DNA of 32,000 bases from Candidatus Pacearchaeota archaeon (GTDB taxonomy: Archaea; Nanobdellota; Nanobdellia; Pacearchaeales; UBA284), in contig CP061211.1 of NCBI GenBank assembly GCA_026016245.1, positions 1 to 32,000 of the forward strand. Reading direction: 5' to 3'. Positions 9,552 to 17,376 of the stretch are shown here, in pieces; the stretch's first letter is position 1; the number at the start of each line of letters is the position of its first letter. A program made the position numbers and the translations under genes. The notes beneath the pieces are model-generated. The model ran no database searches. It worked only from the letters and a program-made list of their open reading frames with translations, and was not told the DNA's origin.

Positions 9552-10162
9552 GTCTTCATTAGAATATCAATTTCTTTTTTTATGTCTTTAGCAACTGTTT
9601 GTATTGGCCTGTTTCCTTCTATAATCTTGATATTGTCTTTTAGATAATTTGGCAGGAGAAGGAACTTTTTTCTTGTTTTACGCAATATTTTCAATTTTTC
9701 AAAATAAGATCTTTTTTCTTTGGTAATCTCATATTTCTCTTTTACTCGCTCTAGAGCAATATCAGCTGGAACATCAATTATAAAAGTAATTGTTGGCATT
9801 AAAAATTCTTTTGTATATTCTTGCCATTCTTCTTCGTCAAGTTGATAAGCGAGAGTGCTGTAATAATAACGGTCACATATTACAATTTTTCTTTCTTCCA
9901 GCGCTGTTTTTATATTCCTAACAACATCTTTTGTATCAAGTCTAAAAAGTTCTAACCATTTTTCCTTGCTTACTCTTGCTGCCTCTTTTCTTCTCAATAA
10001 ATTTTCTATCTTTTTTCCATATTCTCCTTCAGAAGGCTCACTTATTAAAAAAACATCAAAGCCAAGTTTTTCTAGATATTTTTTAAGAATTTCTACTTGT
10101 GCGCTTTTACCATTCCCATCAATTCCATCAAAAACAATAAAAATATTTTTTTGTTGTTTCAT
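9548..10162 (-). CDS. tmk: Thymidylate kinase
   Basis: P-loop FIVFDGIDGNGKSAQVEILKKYLE, ISEPSEGEYGKKI, ICDRYYYSTLAYQ (DRY motif), 204 aa. Confidence 0.93.
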   Translation of the reverse strand: MKQQKNIFIVFDGIDGNGKSAQVEILKKYLEKLGFDVFLISEPSEGEYGKKIENLLRRKEAARVSKEKWLELFRLDTKDVVRNIKTALEERKIVICDRYYYSTLAYQLDEEEWQEYTKEFLMPTITFIIDVPADIALERVKEKYEITKEKRSYFEKLKILRKTRKKFLLLPNYLKDNIKIIEGNRPIQTVAKDIKKEIDILMKT

Positions 10163-10163
10163 T

Positions 10164-10553
10164 TTATTTTAAATTAATAATAATTCTTCTTTCACGAGGG
10201 CCGTCAAATTCACAAAACATTATGCCTTGCCATCTTCCTAATGCCAGTTTTGAATTTTTTATTGGGATAACTTCACTTGGCCCTATAATTGCTGCTTTAA
10301 TATGAGCATCACCATTTCCATCTATTTTGTCATGTTTCCAAATTCCTTTTGGTGCTATTTTCCTTAAAGCTTCAAGAAAATCTTCACATACAGCAGGATC
10401 ATAATTTTCATTAATAGTTATGGCAGCTGTAGCATGAGGAACATAGACAAGACACAAACCTTCCTTGAGTTTTGATTTTTTAACAAGATTTTCTATCTGT
10501 ATTGTTATATCAACTATTTCCTCTCTTTTTTTAGTCTTTATTTTCAATTCCAT
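10164..10553 (-). CDS. YjbQ/UPF0047 family protein (putative secondary thiamine-phosphate synthase)
   Basis: Motifs GLCLVYVPHATAAITINENYDP, HDKIDGNGDAHIKAAIIGPSEVIPIKNSKLALGRWQGIMFCEFDGPRERRI. Confidence 0.93.
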   Translation of the reverse strand: MELKIKTKKREEIVDITIQIENLVKKSKLKEGLCLVYVPHATAAITINENYDPAVCEDFLEALRKIAPKGIWKHDKIDGNGDAHIKAAIIGPSEVIPIKNSKLALGRWQGIMFCEFDGPRERRIIINLK

Positions 10554-10571
10554 AAATTTTTAAATTTAATT

Positions 10572-10907
10572 ATGTTTATAAAAGTTATGAAGGAAAAGAA
10601 GATAAGGAAGATAAAGAAGATAGAGAAGATTAATTTAGTGTGTAAAAGCCATCTAAAAAAATATTTTAGACTTACTAGCAAGGCTCTTAAAATTGCAAAG
10701 AAAGCAATGAACAAGAAAAAGAAAAAGGAAGCTTTGGTTGTTATTGATATGGCTCAGAGATATTATGATGATGCCAAGTATTTTGAATCTAAAGGTCATA
10801 TGGTTAATGCTTTTGCTGCCCTGAATTATGCTCATGGATGGTTAGACTGTGGAAGCAGGCTTGGTTTTTTCAGGGTTAAAGACTCAAAACTTTTTGTTGT
10901 AAAATGA
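10572..10907 (+). CDS. DUF357 family archaeal protein
   Basis: YFRLTSKALKIAKKA...VVIDMAQRYYDDAKYFESKGHMVNAFAALNYAHGWLDCGSRLGFF; 4-nt overlap with the next gene. Confidence 0.8.
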   Translation: MFIKVMKEKKIRKIKKIEKINLVCKSHLKKYFRLTSKALKIAKKAMNKKKKKEALVVIDMAQRYYDDAKYFESKGHMVNAFAALNYAHGWLDCGSRLGFFRVKDSKLFVVK

Positions 10908-11692
10908 TATTTGTTGGATTAGATTTAGCATGGTCTTCAAGGAATAATAGTGCAATTGCTATCCTCGAAGGAAACAAGAAAGAAGCAAAATTAATTTCAT
11001 TCAAAGATAAAATTTTGACAAACGAAGAAATAATTGATTTTATAACAAGGGAAACAAAAAATAAAAATACAATTATTGCTATAGATGCTCCTCTTCTTGT
11101 TCCAAATGAGAATGGAAGAAGAATAGCAGAAGATTACACAGGACATCTTTTTAGAGAATATCACGCGGGAGCACATCCTGCAAATAGAAAAAGATTAAGT
11201 TGGGATGGAGAAGTTAGAGGTGAAAGAATAGTCAAATTACTAGAAAAAAAAGGTTTTGAACATAATCCTTTTCTAAAACGTTTTGAAAAAACAAATAAAA
11301 TCATTGAAGTTTATCCTCATCCTTCAATTGTTGTCTTATTTAATCTTAAACATATTCTTAGATATAAAGCCAGGCCAAAAAGAAATTATGAATTTAGATG
11401 GAAAGAATTTGAGAAATATAAGAAATATCTAAAGAATTTAGAAAAAGCGAATCCAAAATTAAAACTTCCAAAAGAAATTTTTAAGAAAAAAATAAAAGGA
11501 TTGAAAGGAAAAGCATTAAAAGAATTTGAAGATTTACTTGATTCAATAATCTGCGCATATATTTCTTATTATTATTGGTGTTACCCAGAAAAATGTGAAG
11601 TTCTTGGTAATATGAAGAAAGGCTATATTATGACTCCTGTATTTGATTTTATGAAAGAAAAATTAAAAAAATTTAAATCTATGAAAAAATGA
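10904..11692 (+). CDS. DUF429 family protein (predicted RNase H-fold nuclease-like)
   Basis: MIFVGLDLAWSSRNNSAIAIL, IIAIDAPLLVPNENGRR, EVYPHP; 4-nt ATGA overlap with the following gene. Confidence 0.8.
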   Translation: MIFVGLDLAWSSRNNSAIAILEGNKKEAKLISFKDKILTNEEIIDFITRETKNKNTIIAIDAPLLVPNENGRRIAEDYTGHLFREYHAGAHPANRKRLSWDGEVRGERIVKLLEKKGFEHNPFLKRFEKTNKIIEVYPHPSIVVLFNLKHILRYKARPKRNYEFRWKEFEKYKKYLKNLEKANPKLKLPKEIFKKKIKGLKGKALKEFEDLLDSIICAYISYYYWCYPEKCEVLGNMKKGYIMTPVFDFMKEKLKKFKSMKK

Positions 11693-12267
11693 TATGTTTT
11701 TTTATTGGAAAAAGAAACAAGAAAATAGAATATTCTTTCAAGAAATTAGGTTTTGATAAAGTTTATTTTGTAAAGGAAGTGTCTAAATTAAAGGAAATAA
11801 GAAAAGAAGACAAAAGTACTTATAATGCTTTTTTAATTAAAACTAAGGGAATAGAGATGTTGAGGAGGATGGTTGATAAAGCATCTAATTATATTTCCTT
11901 TATTCTTGTTTTAGGGATAAATGATGAAATAAATCGTATCACTTTAGAACATAAAAAAGTCAGGGCTTTGGTAAGTCCTGAATACAAAAGAGAAAAGGAT
12001 TTCTTGCATTATAGAAATTCTGGTTTAAATCAGGTATTATGTAAGATAGCTAGAGACAATGATAAGATAATTATAGAGAATTTTAGTGATTTTATTTTAG
12101 AGAGCAAAGATATAACAAAAGCTCTTATTTTAGGAAGAATGATTCAGAATGCTCGACTTTGTAAAAAATATAAAACAAGACTTATTATAGGGAATTTTGT
12201 TAGAAATAATTCTGAATTTAGGTCAAAATATGATTTAGAAACTTTTAAGAGAATTCTATTTGTTTAG
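11689..12267 (+). CDS. rnp3: RNase P protein component 3 (Rpp30/p30)
   Basis: PHP-type p30 signatures: AFLIKTKGIEMLRRMVDKAS, KVRALVSPEYKREKDFLHYRNSGLNQVLCKIARDNDKIIIENFSDFI, ALILGRMIQNARLCKKYKTRLIIGNFVRN. Confidence 0.85.
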   Translation: MICFFIGKRNKKIEYSFKKLGFDKVYFVKEVSKLKEIRKEDKSTYNAFLIKTKGIEMLRRMVDKASNYISFILVLGINDEINRITLEHKKVRALVSPEYKREKDFLHYRNSGLNQVLCKIARDNDKIIIENFSDFILESKDITKALILGRMIQNARLCKKYKTRLIIGNFVRNNSEFRSKYDLETFKRILFV

Positions 12268-12540
12268 AATCTTAATGTTTTTGTTTTTATATGGCCAAGG
12301 GCTATGGCCTAATTGGATAATCAGGTCTATATTCAGGTTTTTAAGTTCAAGAGGCAGGTCGCAAGCACCATAACAAGAACCAAGCCAAATAAGACATTTT
12401 GCTTTTGTTTTTTTCTCAATCTTATCTACTAACTTTGTGGCTTCTAGCTTTAATCCTTCTGGAAGTTGCAAACAGACAAGTTTTGCTTTTTCCTTTTTAA
12501 TTGTTCTAATAATTTTGTCTATCTCCAAATCATATTTCAT
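12256..12540 (-). pseudogene. dph2: Truncated diphthamide biosynthesis protein Dph2: only the N-terminal part of domain 1 remains (94 aa)
   Basis: KLVCLQLPEGLKLEATKLVDKIEKKTKAKCLIWLGSCYGACDLPLELKNLNIDLIIQLGHSPWP matches the Dph1/Dph2 N-terminus. The ORF stops inside the convergent rnp3 3' end, and the domain 2/3 cysteine regions are not in this window. Confidence 0.7.
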
Positions 12541-12574
12541 GAATCTTTAATCTCCTTAATCTTTTTATAGTTTT

Positions 12575-13090
12575 TTATTTTAGTTCATAAAGATAAAGTT
12601 TCTCAAAGAAAAATTTCTCCTCATCAATTTTTTTGAAATTGTATTGATATTTTTTAAACAACTGTTCAACATTTTTATTTAAGCTACTACATAACAATAA
12701 AATTTTTCCATTTTTTTCTAGATAATTTTTCGCTTCTCTTAAAAATCTGTTGATGATTTCTGTTCCGCTCTTGCCGCCATCTATTTCTTTATATTTAATT
12801 TTTTTGCTTGGAAGGTAAGGTGGATTGAATAAAATGAGATTGAATTTTCCTTTTATATTTGAAAATAAATCTGAATATATGAATTTTATTTTGGGATTTT
12901 TATTATTTCTTTTTAGTTTCTTAATTAATTCTTTATTAATATCACAAGCTATAACTTCTCTAGCATATTTAGATGATTCTTTTGCGAGAATTCCTGATCC
13001 TGTTCCTATATCAAGAACAATATCATTTTTATTTATGTAATTTTTAATATGTTTCAATAAAAGAAAAGAATCCTCTCTAGGCTCATACAT
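12575..13090 (-). CDS. HemK/Mtq2-like N5-glutamine (release factor) methyltransferase, archaeal short form
   Basis: YEPREDSFLLLKHI, VLDIGTGSGILAKE, LILFNPPYLP (NPPY motif), 171 aa. Confidence 0.9.
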   Translation of the reverse strand: MYEPREDSFLLLKHIKNYINKNDIVLDIGTGSGILAKESSKYAREVIACDINKELIKKLKRNNKNPKIKFIYSDLFSNIKGKFNLILFNPPYLPSKKIKYKEIDGGKSGTEIINRFLREAKNYLEKNGKILLLCSSLNKNVEQLFKKYQYNFKKIDEEKFFFEKLYLYELK

Positions 13091-13097
13091 TTTATTT

Positions 13098-13523
13098 TTA
13101 TTTGATTATTACCTTTTTAATACTAAAGAACTTTTCAAGAATATCAGAAAGCTCATGGAGTCTTCTTTTCCCTCTTCCAATCAGGGCTGCCTTTTCTCTT
13201 AGTGCACTAAAAATTATAAGCTCATTATTTTGAAGTAAGAGTTTTCTGAATTTATGTGGGAATATGAGAACCTTGATAAAGTATTCAAGATCAGCTCTGC
13301 TTGTTGGTACAGCAACTATCTTTACCTTCCTATTTATTCTCCTCATGAGCCTATTTACATTCTCTGCATTTCTTCCTATGGCTTTGGTGACTAATTTTCT
13401 TGGCACCGCGAAAATGATGATTGAATCATAATTAAAGCAATATTTTGCTTTTAGTCCAACAACTTTTTCAAAAACATTCATATATTGTATTTTTTGGATG
13501 TCAAGTTTTGCTATAATCTTCAT
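13098..13523 (-). CDS. nusA: NusA-like transcription factor (KH domains)
   Basis: IIFAVPRKLVTKAIGRNAENVNRLMRRINRKVKIVAVP; located immediately after rpl30e, as in archaeal rpo operons. Confidence 0.85.
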   Translation of the reverse strand: MKIIAKLDIQKIQYMNVFEKVVGLKAKYCFNYDSIIIFAVPRKLVTKAIGRNAENVNRLMRRINRKVKIVAVPTSRADLEYFIKVLIFPHKFRKLLLQNNELIIFSALREKAALIGRGKRRLHELSDILEKFFSIKKVIIK

Positions 13524-13801
13524 TTTTTGCTTCCTGTTTTTTTCTTTATTTCTTTTTCTTCTTTTAATACAGAAACAACTGAGATATTAAAACTTTTCTT
13601 ACACAACTCTTTTAGTTCTTCTCTTGTCAGATCTGTTTTTATTACTATGCTTGTTTTTGGGAATTCTTTAGAGTCTATTGAACAATCCTTAGACAAGTAG
13701 ATTTTTTCAATATCCCTAAATTTTTTAAAAGCTATTTTTGGTCCGAAAATTACATCTCTCTTTTTCAATTCTTTTGTAAGGCTATTTGTAATCTGTGCCA
13801 T
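13520..13801 (-). CDS. rpl30e: Ribosomal protein L30e / L7Ae-family protein
   Basis: KKRDVIFGPKIAFKKFRDIEKIYLSKDC, VIKTDLTREELKELCKKSFNISVVSV; position between rpoA and nusA-like; 4-nt overlap with nusA-like. Confidence 0.8.
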   Translation of the reverse strand: MAQITNSLTKELKKRDVIFGPKIAFKKFRDIEKIYLSKDCSIDSKEFPKTSIVIKTDLTREELKELCKKSFNISVVSVLKEEKEIKKKTGSKK

Positions 13802-13840
13802 TTTCTCCTTTGTTTTAGTTTTTTATTTTTATTTGATTTA

Positions 13841-16800
13841 TTATTTCCTAGCTAAGTCTTCTTGTTTTGTTATTTTTACAAGTAGTCCAGGAAGCCCTGT
13901 TCCTACTGGTACAGGTTGGTTGAGAATTAGGTTTTCAATCACACTCACAAGATGGTCTGTTGATGCTGTGATAGAAGCATTAACAAAATGTTTTATAGGT
14001 GTTTCGAATGAAGCTCTAGCAAGAATAGATGATTTATCTGATATTATTCCAACTCTTGTAACCCCCTTAACACTTCCGCTTGAAGTCATGGCATCAGCAA
14101 CCAGTTTAATGTGTTTATCATTTATGGCAAGACTTTGTTTTTCTATAACCTTCTTTGCTTCATTAATTATTGCTTGTCTTGCTGCCTCTATTCCAAGGAC
14201 ATTATAGATCTCATAAATATTGTTTGTTATTACCTTATTTTTATCAATACCTTTTATTTTGAAAATATCTTCAAGATTAGAACCAGCTGTAAGAATAATA
14301 TAGTCTGAATCTCTTTTTACGATGAGGATTTGAGATATTCCCTTGACTCCAGCAACATTTGTCTCTTTTAATTTTTCTTTTATCTTATATAGACCTTTAA
14401 AATCTTCTTCTTCCTTTGGTTTTATTGATAATCCTTCATCTGTTTTTTTTATTCTGATATATTTTGATTCTAGAGCTGAGATGATTTTTTCCTTGCTTAG
14501 ATGTAACTCTCTAAGGGATTTTTTGTTTAGTTTTATATTGATTTTGGATTCGCTAAAATTTACCTGGATTTCTTCAGTAATATCATTTAATTTTATCTCT
14601 CTTATCTTTGCAGCTATTCTTTTGGCAGCCCCTGAATTATTATGCTGTCTTTCTAGATAAATCTCCATACTAGGAGTGCTTGGTTTCTTCCTTGCGTCAA
14701 ATATTTCTATTAATCTTGGAAGGCCAACTGTAATCTGCATTTCTGAAACGCCGGCGAAATGGAAAACATTAAGTGTCATCTGTGTAGCTGGTTCACCAAA
14801 ACTCTCTGCTGTTATAACTCCTATAGCCTCTCCAGGAGCAATTTTGTTATCTTCAAGATGTTCTTTTGTTATGTCTATACCATCTTCCCCATATTCAAAT
14901 TGAATAATGTTTGCATTAGAATCTCTTACAGTCCCATCATATTCCACCCTCAAATCTTGTAGTGCATTTACAAGCCTTCTGTACAAGTAGCCGGATTTTG
15001 GTGTTCTTAGTGCTGTATCCATGAGTCCATCTCTTCCTGTAACTGCTGTAAAGAAAAACTCGTCTGCTTTTAATCCATTTAAATAGTTAGAATAAATAAA
15101 TCCGCCTGCCCTAGCTGCAAAATCCCTCTCTTTGTAAAATGATAGAGTCCTGTTATTATATCCAAAGTTTATTCTTTTAGCCCAGAGAGACTGCTGTCCC
15201 ACTGTGGAAGCCATTTGTGTTAAGAACAAAAGACTTCCTCTGGAGCCACACACAGCCATTATATAGGCAGGATTATCCTTTTTGAGTTCTTTTTTAACAG
15301 AATCTCCTACTTTTGTTCTTACCTCATTAAGTGTCTGTAAGATTTTAATTTCTCTGCTCTCTTCAAATGTTTTTCCAGGAATTATTTCTAAAGTATTGTC
15401 ATAGAAAGAGGCAATTATTTTCTGTACTTTCTTTTCAGCTCCTTTGATTATTTCTTTTGTTTCTTCCTTAACCTTATCTGTGGTTTCAATATCTGCTATT
15501 GAGATAGTGAAACCCTTTCTTGTCAAATAAAGGACGCCAAGCAGGAATACTCTCTTTAAGAAATCTATTGTTCTTTTTCTTCCTGCCTGTCTATCTAACT
15601 CTCTTGTTAGAGTATTTGTTTCAACACCAATTATTTTTTCATCGATAAGACCAGAAATAAGCTTTCCATTTTTGATTGCAACATATGCATTATATGGGCA
15701 ATTTTCCTTTTTGCATCTTTCAAAGTAAGGACAGCCCCTTCCTTTACAAGCTTTTGATTTTGTTTCAAAATTTATTTTTGGAAGTAATGCTGAGAATATT
15801 TCTCTTCCATAAACCTTTTCTTTAAAGTGTATGTTTTTTATATTAGTACCACATGCTGAGAGAAGTTGTATAGCCTCTTCTCTTGGGATATTTTTTGCTG
15901 ATGTCAATAGATAGAGGCCGGTTATAGCATCTTCAACACAACCTAACACATTGGCATTTATTTTTGGCGATATGAGATGGTTTGCTACGTCAAGCAGAAC
16001 TTTAGCTTCAGCTCTAGCTTCTTCTGTTTGTGGCACGTGAATATTCATAGCATCACCATCAAAGTCTGCATTGTATGGGAAGGTTGCTGCTGGGTGTATT
16101 CTAAATGTTCTTCCTGGGAGTACTTTTACAAAATGCCCCATAAGACTCATTCTATGTAGTGAGGGATGTCTGTTGAAAAGAACAATATCATTATCTTCTA
16201 GGTGTCTCTCAACAAGATAGCCAATATCAAGTTCTTCTTTAAGTTGTTCTCTTAATTCTTCTGTGATTCTTTTTCTCTTGCCGTCTAGTCTAATAATACT
16301 GTTTGCAGCTGGGTAAATTGTTTTTTCAATTTTTTTGCTAAGAAGGCCCATGTTAGATGTTGTGATTCTTTCAGGGACAGTAAGAACTTTTGCTATTTCA
16401 AGAGGGACGCCAACATCATTAATTTCAATGTATGGATCTGGGCTTATGATTGTTCTTGAGCTGAAATTGACTCTTTTACCAGCAAGATTATGCCTGATTC
16501 TTCCTTGTTTTCCTTTAATTCTTTCAGTTATTGTTTTTAATGGCTGTCCACTTCTATGTCTTGCTGGAGGAACATGACTTATTGTATTATCAAAGAAAGT
16601 TGTTGAATGGTATTGTAATAAATCCCATAGATCCTCGATGATAACTTCTGGGGCCCCTGCATTAAGATTCTCCCACAGACGCTGGTTTGCTCTAACAATA
16701 TCACTTAGCTTATGTGTCAAATCATCCTCACTTCTCTCTCCTGTTTCAAGAGTTATGCTAGGGCGAACTGTTACCGGTGGGACTAACAAAAGAGTTAGAA

Positions 16801-17353
16801 TAGCCCACTCTGGTCTACAAGATTTTGGATTTATTCCTAGAACACGAGCATCACTGTCACTTATCCTAACAAGTCTTTCACGAATTTCTGTAGGGAAGAT
16901 TCTTTTTTTGCCAATGTAAAAAGAAGATGGCTTGTCTAGTTTTACTTTTTCTTGTTTTGTTCCACAATAAGGGCATTTTTTTGCTGTTCTTGCTTTATCT
17001 ACTCTTTTTAATTTTATGTATTCCTCTGTCAAGAGAATCCTTCCACATTCCTGGCATGTAGCTTTTAAACATAGATATATAAGAGGAAGGAATTTTATGT
17101 GCAGAACAGGACGAGCTAGTTCAATATATCCAAAATGACCCAAACACTCTTTAAGCAATCCTCCACAAGTTCTGCATCTGACTCCTGGACCTATTGCTCC
17201 TAGTCTTAGATCCATCAAGCCACCATCTACTGGATAGCCGTCCATGTCATAAAGTTCTGGAGTTACAATTTTAGCAGCACCAAATTTCTTTATCTGCTCA
17301 GGAGAGAACAAGGAAAATTGAATTTCCTTGATCTGTTTAATTATTGGTTCCAT
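13841..17353 (-). CDS. rpoA: DNA-directed RNA polymerase subunit A, A' and A'' fused in one ORF (1170 aa)
   Basis: Zn site CRTCGGLLKECLGHFG; NADFDGDAMNIHVPQ catalytic loop; bridge helix/trigger-loop region GEPATQMTLNVFHFAGVSEM; A'' C-terminus GLPGLLVKITKQ. No stop at the usual A'/A'' junction. Confidence 0.97.
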   Translation of the reverse strand: MEPIIKQIKEIQFSLFSPEQIKKFGAAKIVTPELYDMDGYPVDGGLMDLRLGAIGPGVRCRTCGGLLKECLGHFGYIELARPVLHIKFLPLIYLCLKATCQECGRILLTEEYIKLKRVDKARTAKKCPYCGTKQEKVKLDKPSSFYIGKKRIFPTEIRERLVRISDSDARVLGINPKSCRPEWAILTLLLVPPVTVRPSITLETGERSEDDLTHKLSDIVRANQRLWENLNAGAPEVIIEDLWDLLQYHSTTFFDNTISHVPPARHRSGQPLKTITERIKGKQGRIRHNLAGKRVNFSSRTIISPDPYIEINDVGVPLEIAKVLTVPERITTSNMGLLSKKIEKTIYPAANSIIRLDGKRKRITEELREQLKEELDIGYLVERHLEDNDIVLFNRHPSLHRMSLMGHFVKVLPGRTFRIHPAATFPYNADFDGDAMNIHVPQTEEARAEAKVLLDVANHLISPKINANVLGCVEDAITGLYLLTSAKNIPREEAIQLLSACGTNIKNIHFKEKVYGREIFSALLPKINFETKSKACKGRGCPYFERCKKENCPYNAYVAIKNGKLISGLIDEKIIGVETNTLTRELDRQAGRKRTIDFLKRVFLLGVLYLTRKGFTISIADIETTDKVKEETKEIIKGAEKKVQKIIASFYDNTLEIIPGKTFEESREIKILQTLNEVRTKVGDSVKKELKKDNPAYIMAVCGSRGSLLFLTQMASTVGQQSLWAKRINFGYNNRTLSFYKERDFAARAGGFIYSNYLNGLKADEFFFTAVTGRDGLMDTALRTPKSGYLYRRLVNALQDLRVEYDGTVRDSNANIIQFEYGEDGIDITKEHLEDNKIAPGEAIGVITAESFGEPATQMTLNVFHFAGVSEMQITVGLPRLIEIFDARKKPSTPSMEIYLERQHNNSGAAKRIAAKIREIKLNDITEEIQVNFSESKINIKLNKKSLRELHLSKEKIISALESKYIRIKKTDEGLSIKPKEEEDFKGLYKIKEKLKETNVAGVKGISQILIVKRDSDYIILTAGSNLEDIFKIKGIDKNKVITNNIYEIYNVLGIEAARQAIINEAKKVIEKQSLAINDKHIKLVADAMTSSGSVKGVTRVGIISDKSSILARASFETPIKHFVNASITASTDHLVSVIENLILNQPVPVGTGLPGLLVKITKQEDLARK

Positions 17354-17376
17354 TTTGTTTTTTCTTTTTTTTATTC

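Noticed and set aside
13833-16919. Series of plus-strand ORFs (65-124 aa) opposite rpoA
   Set aside because: They lie antisense to the strongly conserved RNA polymerase gene and their translations have no coherent domain signature; shadow ORFs.
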